Below, one piece after another: positions 20,171 through 29,410 of a DNA stretch of 64,000 nucleotides. The stretch lies in the NCBI GenBank assembly GCA_965217585.1, contig OZ244561.1, positions 4,096,001-4,160,000 of the forward strand, read 5' to 3'. The position numbers were made by a program, and so were the translations under genes. Below the pieces are notes generated by a model. The model was not told the DNA's origin. It ran no database searches and saw only the letters and a list, made by a program, of their open reading frames with translations. The DNA comes from Candidatus Latescibacterota bacterium. GTDB lineage: Bacteria; Latescibacterota; UBA2968; UBA8231. Within the stretch, counting starts at the first letter, position 1. The number at the start of each line of letters is the position of its first letter.

Positions 20171-21247
20171 TCAGCCCAAGTCCAGATTGAAATCCGCGGG
20201 ATCGAGGCCACTGTCTTCGGCTAGCCCCCGCAGGCTGATCAAGACATCCTCGGGCATGACAATACCCTCGGCTAGGGCTTGCTCCCGCTTGTTCCACTCG
20301 ATCTCGCCCGGCAGGAAGATGGTCCCGCCTTTGGCTGTGGAAGCTCCCTTGATCTCTTTGCACATGACGTCCATGCGAGCGTGGAATTCCCCCAGCGGCA
20401 TCATCGCGCCGACGTCAATGGCGATAAAGGCATGACCTTGGTTTGAAGGCTCGTCCGTGTCGGCCACCCAACTCTGGACGCCGCTCATCATCGCCGCCCC
20501 GCTAAGGGTCGCCGTCAGCATCTCCACCAGCACGGCCAATCCGTACCCTTTGTGTCCGGCCATGGGCAACTGCGCCCCTTTTTCCGGGAACTCGGTGGGA
20601 TCGGTCGTTGGAATGCCGTCTTCGTCCACCAGCCAAGTGTCGGGAATGTCGCGCCCTTCGTTTTTGGCGGCGAATATTTTGGTGGCCGCAACCGCGCTGG
20701 TGGCAATGTCCAGCATGACGGTGCGGTCGGTGCCGGTCGGTGCGGCGTAGGCGATCGGGTTGGTCCCCAGAACCCTACTCTTGCCGCCGGGCACGGTCAT
20801 GCAGGGTTCCACATTGCACATGGAAAGGCCAATCATGTCGTTTTCGGCGATCATATTGGCGTAAAACCCAGCGGCGCCGTAATGGCTGCTACCCCGGATG
20901 CCGATGTAGCACATGCCGCTTTTGCGGGCTTTGGCAATGGCCAACTCAACGGCGCGGTAGGAGATGGCGGGCGGCATGCCGTCGCAGGCGTCAATAATGG
21001 CCCAGGACGGTCCCTCGGCGACGATTTTCTCTTGCGCGGTCGCGACCAGACGGCCGCGTCGCGCATTCTGCATCAAACCGCGGATCTGCCGGGTGCCGTG
21101 CGTAAAGGTGCCCCAAGTGTCGGTGGTGACGAAGACGTGGGCACTTAGTTCGGCGTCTTCTTGGCTGAGACCGGCTTTGACCATGGCGGCGGTGCAAAAG
21201 GCCTTCAGGTCATCCGGTTGGATGCTTTGGCGAGTAGATTCAGTCAA
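20171..21247 (-). CDS. Ldh_2 (malate/L-lactate/ureidoglycolate dehydrogenase-like) oxidoreductase
   Basis: SSHYGAAG, GTNPIAYAAP, LDIATS, GHKGYGL and LPGEIE motifs; TTG start after AGGAG. Confidence 0.88.
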   Translation of the reverse strand: MTESTRQSIQPDDLKAFCTAAMVKAGLSQEDAELSAHVFVTTDTWGTFTHGTRQIRGLMQNARRGRLVATAQEKIVAEGPSWAIIDACDGMPPAISYRAVELAIAKARKSGMCYIGIRGSSHYGAAGFYANMIAENDMIGLSMCNVEPCMTVPGGKSRVLGTNPIAYAAPTGTDRTVMLDIATSAVAATKIFAAKNEGRDIPDTWLVDEDGIPTTDPTEFPEKGAQLPMAGHKGYGLAVLVEMLTATLSGAAMMSGVQSWVADTDEPSNQGHAFIAIDVGAMMPLGEFHARMDVMCKEIKGASTAKGGTIFLPGEIEWNKREQALAEGIVMPEDVLISLRGLAEDSGLDPADFNLDLG

Positions 21248-21359
21248 TGGATTGGCTCCTTTTTAGTTAGTGAGTGGTGTATGGATAAAGAAATTTTTCG
21301 CGGCCCGGTCAAGGATGGTGAAGCCGTCTATTGTCGCCGAGTCCCAACGGGACCGCTCC

Positions 21360-21388
21360 TTGACTAGCGTCCGAAAGGGCCTTTTAAT
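21360..21388 (+). promoter_or_regulatory. Putative sigma70 promoter of the SDR gene
   Basis: TTGACT-17 nt-TTTAAT. Confidence 0.45.
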
Positions 21389-21443
21389 GCCCTGCACATT
21401 AATCACTCACATCCTAAGTGATGAACGCTAGGAGACATAGCTT

Positions 21444-22229
21444 ATGAACGGAAGTACGGGACTTGAGCAGTACGTGACGATGGAAGAATACCTCAAGGGT
21501 CGGCGCTGCATTATCACCGGCTCCAGTGGGACGATTGGCAAAATCTTTGCGACCTTTATCGCCTCGCGCGGCGGGATCCCCATTCTGGTAGATGTTGTGC
21601 CGCAAGACGACACCGTGGAGGCTGTTGCGTCCTACGGTGGCGAATACAGCGCCCATCGCGTGGATCTCAGCGATGTTGCCCAGATCAAATCCTTTTACGC
21701 GGAAGTGGCCAAACAGTACGACGGCGTCGATCTGCTCATCAATAACGCCGGGCTCCTCAGCGAGGTAACGTTACTCGACATGACCGAGGACAATTGGGAC
21801 CGCGTCCTCAATGTAAATGCAAAAGGCGCGGCCTTTATGAGCCAAGGCGCGGTCGGCCTGATGCAGCATGGCAGCGACGACCGGCAAATCATCAACATCG
21901 TGTCGCTGGCGGCACTGGTGGGCGGGTTGTACGTGGGGGCACCCTATGTTTGCAGCAAGGCGGCTCTGCTCGGTCTCAGCCGCAATTATGCGGTGCAGGC
22001 AGGTAAGGAATTCGGGATCCGCGTCAATTCGATCAGCCCGGTCATTGTCAGTGGCCAGATGATTTCCAACACGCCGCGCGAAGCCATTGACGGGGTCAAA
22101 AACCTAATGAAGGTGTGGAAGCAGGAAGTCCCCCCTGTGCATCTGCTCTACGTTTTTGAAATGCTGTGTAGAACCCCATCGATGACGGGTAAAAACATCG
22201 TCCTCGATGGCGGCATTCTGCTGGAGTAG
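21444..22229 (+). CDS. Short-chain dehydrogenase/reductase (SDR)
   Basis: ITGSSGTIG, LINNAG, YVCSK (YxxxK) and IRVNSISP motifs. Confidence 0.85.
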   Translation: MNGSTGLEQYVTMEEYLKGRRCIITGSSGTIGKIFATFIASRGGIPILVDVVPQDDTVEAVASYGGEYSAHRVDLSDVAQIKSFYAEVAKQYDGVDLLINNAGLLSEVTLLDMTEDNWDRVLNVNAKGAAFMSQGAVGLMQHGSDDRQIINIVSLAALVGGLYVGAPYVCSKAALLGLSRNYAVQAGKEFGIRVNSISPVIVSGQMISNTPREAIDGVKNLMKVWKQEVPPVHLLYVFEMLCRTPSMTGKNIVLDGGILLE

Positions 22230-22338
22230 GCATCTCCCAACCGCGCCCCGACTCCGTCGTCGCGCCAATTTCGAGGCGGCCTAACTGCTTGTGGCGGCGC
22301 GGCAAATGGCGTTACATTGGGATTAGGTGGACTTACCC

Positions 22339-22986
22339 ATGCACAGTTCAAAACTCGGCGACAGCGATTTTGAGATGATTGCCCGCGGCCACCCGGTCGC
22401 GCTGGCGGAGTACTTTCGCGGCTTTACCAGTACCAAAAGGCTGGGGCTGCTAGCGCCCAATGGCCTTGAGGGCGTTGGGGCCGTCAGTTTGATCATGGCC
22501 CACGTAACTGCCTTTTACAATACCTACCGCGCCACGGGCGAGGATTTCTTCGCGTACCCCGATTACTTCACCTTCCAATCGCGCACACCCAAAGCGGCCT
22601 ACGGGATGTTCGACATCTGGCCGGAACACAAGGACGTGTTGGTCGGCACTGATGCCGCCGAGCGGCTCGACGCGATCACCGACCGCGGCGTCAACATCCT
22701 GCTCGTGCCCGACGGCCCTCCGGCCCCGCGCGAGTACCAGCGGCAGCAGGTAGCCGCGGCCGAGCGGCTCATCGAAACCTGCTATGCGTATTCGGCCACA
22801 GGTGCGGTCGCCGATCCCGACTTGGTCATCCGCGGTCCGGTAGATCCGCTCGCCACTTGGTGCCAAAGCGTCTTCAAGTCCGTGCCCGACGGCGGGAGCG
22901 GGGAGGGCTGGCATGACCAAGGTCCCGTCCTCGAACAATCCTTCCGCCGCATCAGCCGGCAAGACGCGCTCGCTCGCCTCGCTTAA
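22339..22986 (+). CDS. Hypothetical protein
   Basis: Long ORF with host-like codon usage, 17 nt upstream of the PhyH gene; no motif recognised. Confidence 0.6.
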   Translation: MHSSKLGDSDFEMIARGHPVALAEYFRGFTSTKRLGLLAPNGLEGVGAVSLIMAHVTAFYNTYRATGEDFFAYPDYFTFQSRTPKAAYGMFDIWPEHKDVLVGTDAAERLDAITDRGVNILLVPDGPPAPREYQRQQVAAAERLIETCYAYSATGAVADPDLVIRGPVDPLATWCQSVFKSVPDGGSGEGWHDQGPVLEQSFRRISRQDALARLA

Positions 22987-23003
22987 GACCAAAGGAGTTT
23001 GCC

Positions 23004-23792
23004 ATGACCGTTCTCCACGCCCCCGCGCTAAGTGCCGCCGAACTAGACCAGTTTCACCAGCAGGGCTACGTGCGCTTCGGCCACGTTGCTTCCCGCGAGG
23101 AAATCGATGCCCTCTGCCAGCGCATTGACCAGATCATGCTCGGCGAAGTGCGCTACGACGACATGCTCATGCAGCTATGCCCTTCGGCTGGCAACCCCGA
23201 TCTTTCGCGGCAGACCAAGGAGTTTAAGGGCTCCACGCTCAAGTACCGCAAAATTCAGGATCTGGAGCAGGATCCGCTGTTCTTGGGCTATTTGCAAAAG
23301 CCGCTCTTCCGCGATCTAACCGCCAAGATCGTCGGCGCGGAGGTCTCGATCTTTCGCGCGATGTTTTTCAACAAGCCCGCCGAGCAGGGTGTCATGATCA
23401 ACTGGCACCAGGACGGCGCTGGCGGCTGGCAACTGAGCATTCCCCCCCAAGTCACGGTGTGGACCGCGCTCGACGACACGTGCGTTGCCAACGGCTGCCT
23501 GCAAATCATCCCCAGCTCGCACCACACCATGATCCCCGAAACGGGCGATCAGCTCTCGGCGGACGAGCGCGCGCTGCACGCACCGGATGAGAAGCGGCTC
23601 TATTTGGAAATGGAAAAAGGCGAGGTGGTGCTTTTGCACAACTGGACCTTGCACCGCTCGGAGACGAATAGTACCAACCGCCCGCGCCGCGCGTTCAGTG
23701 TCTGCTACATTGACGCGGTTACCCGCCAAAAGACCTCGGGCCGCGCCTTTCCCCGCGTCTTCCCGACCTACCAGCCTATTAGTGGTAATTGA
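23004..23792 (+). CDS. Phytanoyl-CoA dioxygenase (PhyH) family 2OG-Fe(II) oxygenase
   Basis: FHQQGY, WHQD, WTALDD...NGCL...PSSH, LHRS..N...R facial-triad pattern. Confidence 0.88.
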   Translation: MTVLHAPALSAAELDQFHQQGYVRFGHVASREEIDALCQRIDQIMLGEVRYDDMLMQLCPSAGNPDLSRQTKEFKGSTLKYRKIQDLEQDPLFLGYLQKPLFRDLTAKIVGAEVSIFRAMFFNKPAEQGVMINWHQDGAGGWQLSIPPQVTVWTALDDTCVANGCLQIIPSSHHTMIPETGDQLSADERALHAPDEKRLYLEMEKGEVVLLHNWTLHRSETNSTNRPRRAFSVCYIDAVTRQKTSGRAFPRVFPTYQPISGN

Positions 23793-25227
23793 TAAAGGCG
23801 ACCTTGTGCTCGGTGAAAAACTCGATCCCGGTGTCGCCCGATTCCGGGATTCCGTGCCCGGAAGCCTTGACCCCGCCGAATGAGAGCTGGGGCTCGCGGT
23901 AGGCCGTCATCATATTGACGTGCGTCAGCCCCACGTCGGTCTTGTCCAAAAACTGGAAAGCTCGCCCAATGTCGCGCGTGAAAATAGACGACGCCAGCCC
24001 AAACTCCACGCCATTGGCGATCGCTAGGGCCTCGGAGAAATCCTCTGCAACTATTAGACACAACACCGGGCCGAAGATCTCCTCCTGCGCGATGCGCATC
24101 TGCGGCTGAACATTGGTAAAAACCGTCGGCGCAATAAAACACCCTTTGTCTAGCCCGTTGGCGGTCAGGCGCTCGCCCCCATGCGCGATGCGGCCCCCTT
24201 CCGCTTTGCCGATCTCGATGTAACCCTCGATGGTTGCGAGTTGGTCCGTGCCGCACACCGGCCCCATATCCACCCCATCCTCCGTCCCATTGCCCACGCG
24301 AATTCGCTTGACGCGCTCTAGTACCTTGTCGGTGAAGGCCGCGGCGACCTCGCGCGCGACGATTGCCCGGCTCGTCGAAGTACACCACTGCCCGGCGCAG
24401 GCGTAGGCCGCCTTGACGACCGCATCCGCCGCCATGTCGAGGTCGGCGTCTGCCAAGATAACCGCGGGATTTTTGCCGCCCATTTCTAGCTGTGTGCGGA
24501 TTAGCCCTTGGGCGGCGCGCTGCTGAATGCCCCTGCCTACTTGGGTCGAGCCGGTGAAGGAAATCGACTGCACCAACGGATGCGTGATCATGGTTTCCCC
24601 GACTGTACTGCCCCCGCCGCAGACGAAGTTCAGCACGCCCGCGGGCAGCCCAGCCTCGGCAAAAATATCGACAAAAGCCCGCCCGGCTCCAGGCGTCAGA
24701 CTCGCCGGCTTGAAGACTATGGTGTTGCCGCTGATCAGCGCTGGCGTACACTTGCGCCCCGGCACGTTGAACGGAAAGTTCCACGGGCTGATGATCGACG
24801 CCACCCCGAGGGGCCGCCGCACGCTGTAGGCAAATACCCCAGCTTGCGCCGAGGGCGCGGTCTGGCCGCACATGGAGATCCCCTGGGCGATCTGGAACTC
24901 CATCTCGCGCACCGCCGACCCCACCTCGGTGCGCGCTTCGTCGAGTGTCTTGCCGTTTTCTGCGGTAAGGATCGCGGCGATTTCTTCGGCCCGACCCTTG
25001 AGCACTGCGACCGCCCGCGACAAGTACTCTGCCCGCTGGTACACGCCCATGTCGGCCCACGCTGGAAATGCCGCGTGCGCTGCTTCAATGGCATGCTCGG
25101 CATCGGCGCGGGTGCCTTGGGGCCACTCCCCGGTTACTTGTTCTAGGTCGGCTGGATTGCGCTGGGCAAAGGTCTGGCCGTCCGAGGCCCCAACCCATTG
25201 GCCGTCGATGTAGTTTTGAGATTTCAT
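23779..25227 (-). CDS. Aldehyde dehydrogenase (alpha-ketoglutarate semialdehyde dehydrogenase-like)
   Basis: RBS AGGAG, MKSQNYIDGQW; ISPWNFP, SFTGST, LEMGGKNP, AGQWCT and QEEIFGPV motifs. Confidence 0.9.
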   Translation of the reverse strand: MKSQNYIDGQWVGASDGQTFAQRNPADLEQVTGEWPQGTRADAEHAIEAAHAAFPAWADMGVYQRAEYLSRAVAVLKGRAEEIAAILTAENGKTLDEARTEVGSAVREMEFQIAQGISMCGQTAPSAQAGVFAYSVRRPLGVASIISPWNFPFNVPGRKCTPALISGNTIVFKPASLTPGAGRAFVDIFAEAGLPAGVLNFVCGGGSTVGETMITHPLVQSISFTGSTQVGRGIQQRAAQGLIRTQLEMGGKNPAVILADADLDMAADAVVKAAYACAGQWCTSTSRAIVAREVAAAFTDKVLERVKRIRVGNGTEDGVDMGPVCGTDQLATIEGYIEIGKAEGGRIAHGGERLTANGLDKGCFIAPTVFTNVQPQMRIAQEEIFGPVLCLIVAEDFSEALAIANGVEFGLASSIFTRDIGRAFQFLDKTDVGLTHVNMMTAYREPQLSFGGVKASGHGIPESGDTGIEFFTEHKVAFINYH

Positions 25228-25241
25228 AATTAGTGCTCCTA

Positions 25242-25334
25242 TATAGTAATCCGCAGATGGACGCAGATGGACGCAGAATAGTATTACAAGACGATCTGAA
25301 TCTCGAATCTTCCGAGTCATTCAGGATGGCTATA
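25242..25334. mobile_element. 93-bp IS630-end-derived element (MITE or remnant) with an internal 10-bp tandem repeat
   Basis: Right end reads TATAGCCATCCTGAATGA on the minus strand, 17/18 identical to the IS630 left end at 1610. Left end is TATAGTAATCC. Contains CGCAGATGGA about 2.5 times. Confidence 0.6.
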
Positions 25335-26248
25335 TCTCCAGTGAGGTACATCTCGGCTAACTCGGCGATGCGGCGGATTTCAATGGCCCCGCCGCTGTGG
25401 GGAATGTCTGGCTCCAGCAGGTCACATGCCTGTTGTTCCATCAGCTCGCGGAACTTCTTGGCTCCGTAAAAAATCTCGCCGGTGCAGATCGGCGTCTCGG
25501 TCTGTTGGCAGATCTTGGCCAATGCGGCGACATTGCCCCATTCCCAGCAAATGGGATCCTCCAACCAAAGCAGGTCGAGGTGCTCCACGTCTTTGCAGAT
25601 GCGCAGGGCGTCGGCTAGGTTGAAGGAACCGTGCAAGTCGATAGATAAGTCGATGTAAGGGCCGATCGCTTGGCGCAGGCTTTCGATGGTGGAGACGATG
25701 TGATGGTGTTGCCGGCGGCTGATGGAGCGGTCGTAGGTGTCGAGCTTATAGGGGTTGGGCACATCGAGATCGAACTTGATCGCGGTGTATCCTTCGGCCA
25801 CTACCTCTTTGGCCATGGACACGTAGGCGCTGGTTTCGTACACCGGATCCAATTGCCCGCTGGCCCGAGTTTCCTGCCAGCGCCGCTCGTAGTCTTCCCG
25901 CGTCCAATGCGCGCCCGAGTGGCAGTCGCAGTACACGCGAATGCGGTCGCGCAGTTTGCCGCCTAGCAGCTCGTGCATGGGCGCGTTTAGCTGCTTGCCG
26001 CGGATGTCCCACAGGGCGATTTCCACGCCAGCGCCGCGGCCCTGCATCTGCCACAGGTGATCGTAGTGCAGCCGATTGATGTTGGTTGGATCTTGGCCGA
26101 TGAGCATCCGTTTGAGCAGCTCGATGGAGGCCTCAGCGGCCCACTCGTCGAGACCAACAATGCCTTCGTCGGTGAAGACTTTCAGCAAGGACCAGTGGCG
26201 ATGTTCCGCGCCGAGCGAGGGCGTAACCTTAATGTCGGTGATCTTCAT
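25335..26248 (-). pseudogene. Mandelate racemase/muconate-lactonizing (enolase superfamily) gene, 3'-truncated
   Basis: MKITDIK, VFTDEGIVG, EIALWDIRGK, KFD, DLH, WLEDP, TGE, EPD. Family-like sequence stops at AEMY; the ORF reads on through the inserted element into the ALDH gene. Confidence 0.7.
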
Positions 26249-26330
26249 CGAAAGCCTCTTTAGGAGACGGCCGTCATGCCGCGCGTATGAGTAACGTCGT
26301 CGAGAGTCATCGTAATGTTTAATCCGCTGC

Positions 26331-27818
26331 CTACCGCGTCTCCAAACCGGCTAAGACTTCGCGGAAGCTGTTGAGACCTGCCTCTAGGTTCTCGATGATC
26401 TCTTCGGCGAGCTCGTCGGGTTCGGGCAGGTTGTCTAGGTCTGTCAGGCTTTCGTCCTTGAGCCAGAAGATGTCGAGACTGGTTTTGTCGCGGGCGCTGA
26501 TTTCTTCGTAGCTGTAGCTGCGCCAACGGCCTTCCGGTGCGTCGTTTTCGTCCCAAGTCGCCTTGCGCTGATGTCGGTTCTGCGGGTTGTAGCAGTTGAT
26601 GAAGTCCGACAGATTATCGAAGCGCATTGGGTTTTTCTTCAGCGTATGGTGAATATTGGTGCGGTAGTCGTAGTACCAGACCTGCTTGGTCCAAGGGTTC
26701 GGGCTGGCTTCGTGGTTGTCGAAGAAGATCACATTGGCCTTGACGCCTTGCGCGTAGAACACGCCGGTCGGCAAGCGCAGGATGGTGTGCAGGTCGGTGT
26801 TGTCCAGCAGCTTCTTGCGGATCGTCTCACCGGCCCCGCCTTCAAACAGCACGTTGTCGGGAACGACGACGGCAGCACGGCCAGTGGTCTTGAGCATCGT
26901 GCGAATGTGTTGCACGAAATTGAGTTGTTTGTTCGAGGTCGTCGCCCAGAAGTCTTGGCGGTTGTAGGTGAGGTCGTCTTTCTCTTGTTCGCCCTCCTCG
27001 TTCGTGAAGCTCATGGAACTCTTCTTGCCGAAGGGCGGATTAGCGAGGACATAATCAAAGCGCCTTCCGTCATCGGCCACCAGCGAGTCATTGGGCGATA
27101 TGGGTACGCCGCTGTCGATCTCGCCGATGTTGTGCAGGAACATGTTCATCAGGCATAGACGGCGTGTATTGGCGACGATCTCGTTGCCGTGAAAAGCCTT
27201 GTACTTTAGGAACGCCTTCTGGTTCCTGTCTAGGTTGAAGTTGGCTGGGTTGGTAATGAAGTCGTAGGCGGCGAGAAAGAAACCGCCTGTACCGCAGGCC
27301 GGGTCGGCGATGAGCGTGCCCGGTTCGGGGCGAACGCATTCGACCATGGCGCGGATGAGGGCACGAGGCGTGAAATACTGGCCTGCGCCTGACTTGGTAT
27401 CTTCGGCGTTCCTCTCTAGGAGTCCTTCGTAAATATCTCCTTTTACGTCGGCACCCATGGTCACCCATTCGGTGTCGTCCACCATGGCGATGAGGCGGAA
27501 CAGCTTCGCCGGGTCTTGGATTTTGTTTTGGGCCTTGGTAAAGATCTGGCCTAGCATGTCCGTCTTGGTACCAAGCGCGCGAAGCAAGGCTACGTAGTGG
27601 TTTTCGAGTTCCGCACCGTTCTTCGATTTTAGGCTCTGCCAGTTGAATTCGGCGGGGATGCCAACATCGCGGTTGTACGGTGGTTTGGCGTACTCGTCGG
27701 CCATCTTGAGGAAGATCAGATAGGTGAGTTGCTCCAGGTAGTCGCCATAGCTTACCCCGTCATCGCGTAGGGTGGTGCAGAAGCTCCAGACTTTGGAGAC
27801 GATAGGAGCGGTATTCAT
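26331..27818 (-). CDS. hsdM: Type I restriction-modification methyltransferase
   Basis: GQYFTPR, DPACGTGGF (motif I), ANPPFG (motif IV, amino-methyltransferase), VVVPDNVLF. Confidence 0.95.
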   Translation of the reverse strand: MNTAPIVSKVWSFCTTLRDDGVSYGDYLEQLTYLIFLKMADEYAKPPYNRDVGIPAEFNWQSLKSKNGAELENHYVALLRALGTKTDMLGQIFTKAQNKIQDPAKLFRLIAMVDDTEWVTMGADVKGDIYEGLLERNAEDTKSGAGQYFTPRALIRAMVECVRPEPGTLIADPACGTGGFFLAAYDFITNPANFNLDRNQKAFLKYKAFHGNEIVANTRRLCLMNMFLHNIGEIDSGVPISPNDSLVADDGRRFDYVLANPPFGKKSSMSFTNEEGEQEKDDLTYNRQDFWATTSNKQLNFVQHIRTMLKTTGRAAVVVPDNVLFEGGAGETIRKKLLDNTDLHTILRLPTGVFYAQGVKANVIFFDNHEASPNPWTKQVWYYDYRTNIHHTLKKNPMRFDNLSDFINCYNPQNRHQRKATWDENDAPEGRWRSYSYEEISARDKTSLDIFWLKDESLTDLDNLPEPDELAEEIIENLEAGLNSFREVLAGLETR

Positions 27819-29410
27819 CTGGGGGCATTCTTTCGTTTGATTTGTTCGGCGAGCGCCTCGCCTTGAGCGGTTCGGCGATAGCGCTGGTTTTGGCTATTCG
27901 GCTTGTCGGGGAGGGTCATTTCAACCAGCTTGGCCTTGAGGGCGGGCTTTAGATAGGCGGTGGTGAAGTGGCGGCGGTGTCTCAATTGCAGCGCCATTTG
28001 CAATTCTGTCCGGCTCATCTCTCTGGTGAGCGCAATCACCAGTTGCTCAACTTGGTCGGTCACTTGGTCGGTCACTTGGTCGGTATGCCGCATATCGTCT
28101 TGTTTTATCAATGACTTATCTTGTTCGGTCTCATGTTCGGTCGCCGCAAGCGAGGCCCGTTCATGCACCGGTAGGTGCACTCGAAACCAAGTGCGGTCGT
28201 CGTCGCTCTCAAAAATTGGATCCGGGGAGCCGTTCTGCCGCATGGCCCGGAAGATTTTCGGCACGCCGGTTGAGCGCGCCTCGGCGAGGTCGAGTTCTTT
28301 CAGGAACTCACCAATACGCCGGTTCCGGTAGCGCCTGCTCACGGCCTGTCCCTTCTTGAAGTCATCCATACGGATGGAGCGGTCCGCACCGGGATAACTC
28401 AAGACCAGCAACTCTTCGCGGGTGATCCGAACTTCAACCGGCTCCCGCTCCTCGTATGAGCGATGGTAGATGGCGTTCACCAGCGCCTCTTCGATGGCAC
28501 CAATCGGAAAATTCCAGAATCGCTCGGCCTCCGGCTTGTGGGGATACTTGACGACGATTTCCTTCAGGTAGTTCCGCTCAATGTAACTGATCGCCTCGCT
28601 GAGAATGATGGACAACGGCCCGCGGAACTCCTTCTCCTCGAACTGATCGCCGCCCGGCCCATCGGGAAACCACACGACATCGATCTGGGTGGCCGGAAAA
28701 AACCTGTCTGGCCGCTCATTGAAGAACAGCAGACCGACATTCTTCGGAAACATCGTCTCGGGCGGGCCGCCGACGATATTCAGGCGCTTGCCCAAGTCCT
28801 CAACAGATAGGCCCTCTGCTTCCGCTGCCAGTTCGCTGCCGATTTCCCCGAGAAACTCACGGATCAGCCGATGGGACAGGTCATCAAGCGAAGCAGTCTG
28901 GCGATAGCGGTCGTCAAAAGGTACTGTGGCCGCCAGACTGAGCAGCTCACGCTCGTCCTGACCCTTGGCGCGAACCGTGCTGCTGTGTCTGCGAATGAAG
29001 TAGGCCCAATCGTTGCGCTCCGCACTCAGATTCACTTTGGCTTTGTAGGGACGGGTTTCGCCGCCGGGTACCCAGAGGACGAAGATGGTCTGGCCATCGA
29101 CGTTATAGGTAGCGGTGAGGGGATGGTAATGCGGCTGTATGGCGGCATGCCCCAGATTGAGTAGTTCCTTCTGTATCGCATCGATGGCATCGGGTCTGAT
29201 GCCCCTGGGCGGTAAAATTGGGCGGCCGTTTTGCTCCTCGACGCCCAATACCACGTAACCGCCGCCTAGATTGTGGAAGTCGTTGGCGAAGGCGCAGATG
29301 GCGCGCAGCACGCTCTGCGGATTCCAACCAGCTTTGTACTCGATGCGTTCGCCTTCGATGGCGCGCTGGCGCAGCAAGTGGTCGATGTTGATGGGAAGTT
29401 TGCCGGTCAT
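27815..29410 (-). CDS. AlbA_2/Schlafen-domain + HATPase_c_4 (RecG-C-like) protein with C-terminal HTH
   Basis: EGERIEYK, ICAFAND...GGYVVLGV, EEALVNAIYHRSY, RYRNRRIG, STGVPKI; (TDQV)x3 linker; YLKPAL...PDKPNSQNQRY. Confidence 0.8.
   Translation of the reverse strand: MTGKLPINIDHLLRQRAIEGERIEYKAGWNPQSVLRAICAFANDFHNLGGGYVVLGVEEQNGRPILPPRGIRPDAIDAIQKELLNLGHAAIQPHYHPLTATYNVDGQTIFVLWVPGGETRPYKAKVNLSAERNDWAYFIRRHSSTVRAKGQDERELLSLAATVPFDDRYRQTASLDDLSHRLIREFLGEIGSELAAEAEGLSVEDLGKRLNIVGGPPETMFPKNVGLLFFNERPDRFFPATQIDVVWFPDGPGGDQFEEKEFRGPLSIILSEAISYIERNYLKEIVVKYPHKPEAERFWNFPIGAIEEALVNAIYHRSYEEREPVEVRITREELLVLSYPGADRSIRMDDFKKGQAVSRRYRNRRIGEFLKELDLAEARSTGVPKIFRAMRQNGSPDPIFESDDDRTWFRVHLPVHERASLAATEHETEQDKSLIKQDDMRHTDQVTDQVTDQVEQLVIALTREMSRTELQMALQLRHRRHFTTAYLKPALKAKLVEMTLPDKPNSQNQRYRRTAQGEALAEQIKRKNAPR
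28050..28084 (-). repeat. 12-bp tandem repeat x3 encoding TDQV
   Basis: ACTTGGTCGGTC three times on the plus strand. Confidence 0.85.

Noticed and set aside
25085-25334. C-terminal extension of the enolase ORF and N-terminal extension of the ALDH ORF
   Set aside because: Both run through the inserted element. ALDH has a good RBS and start at 25227.
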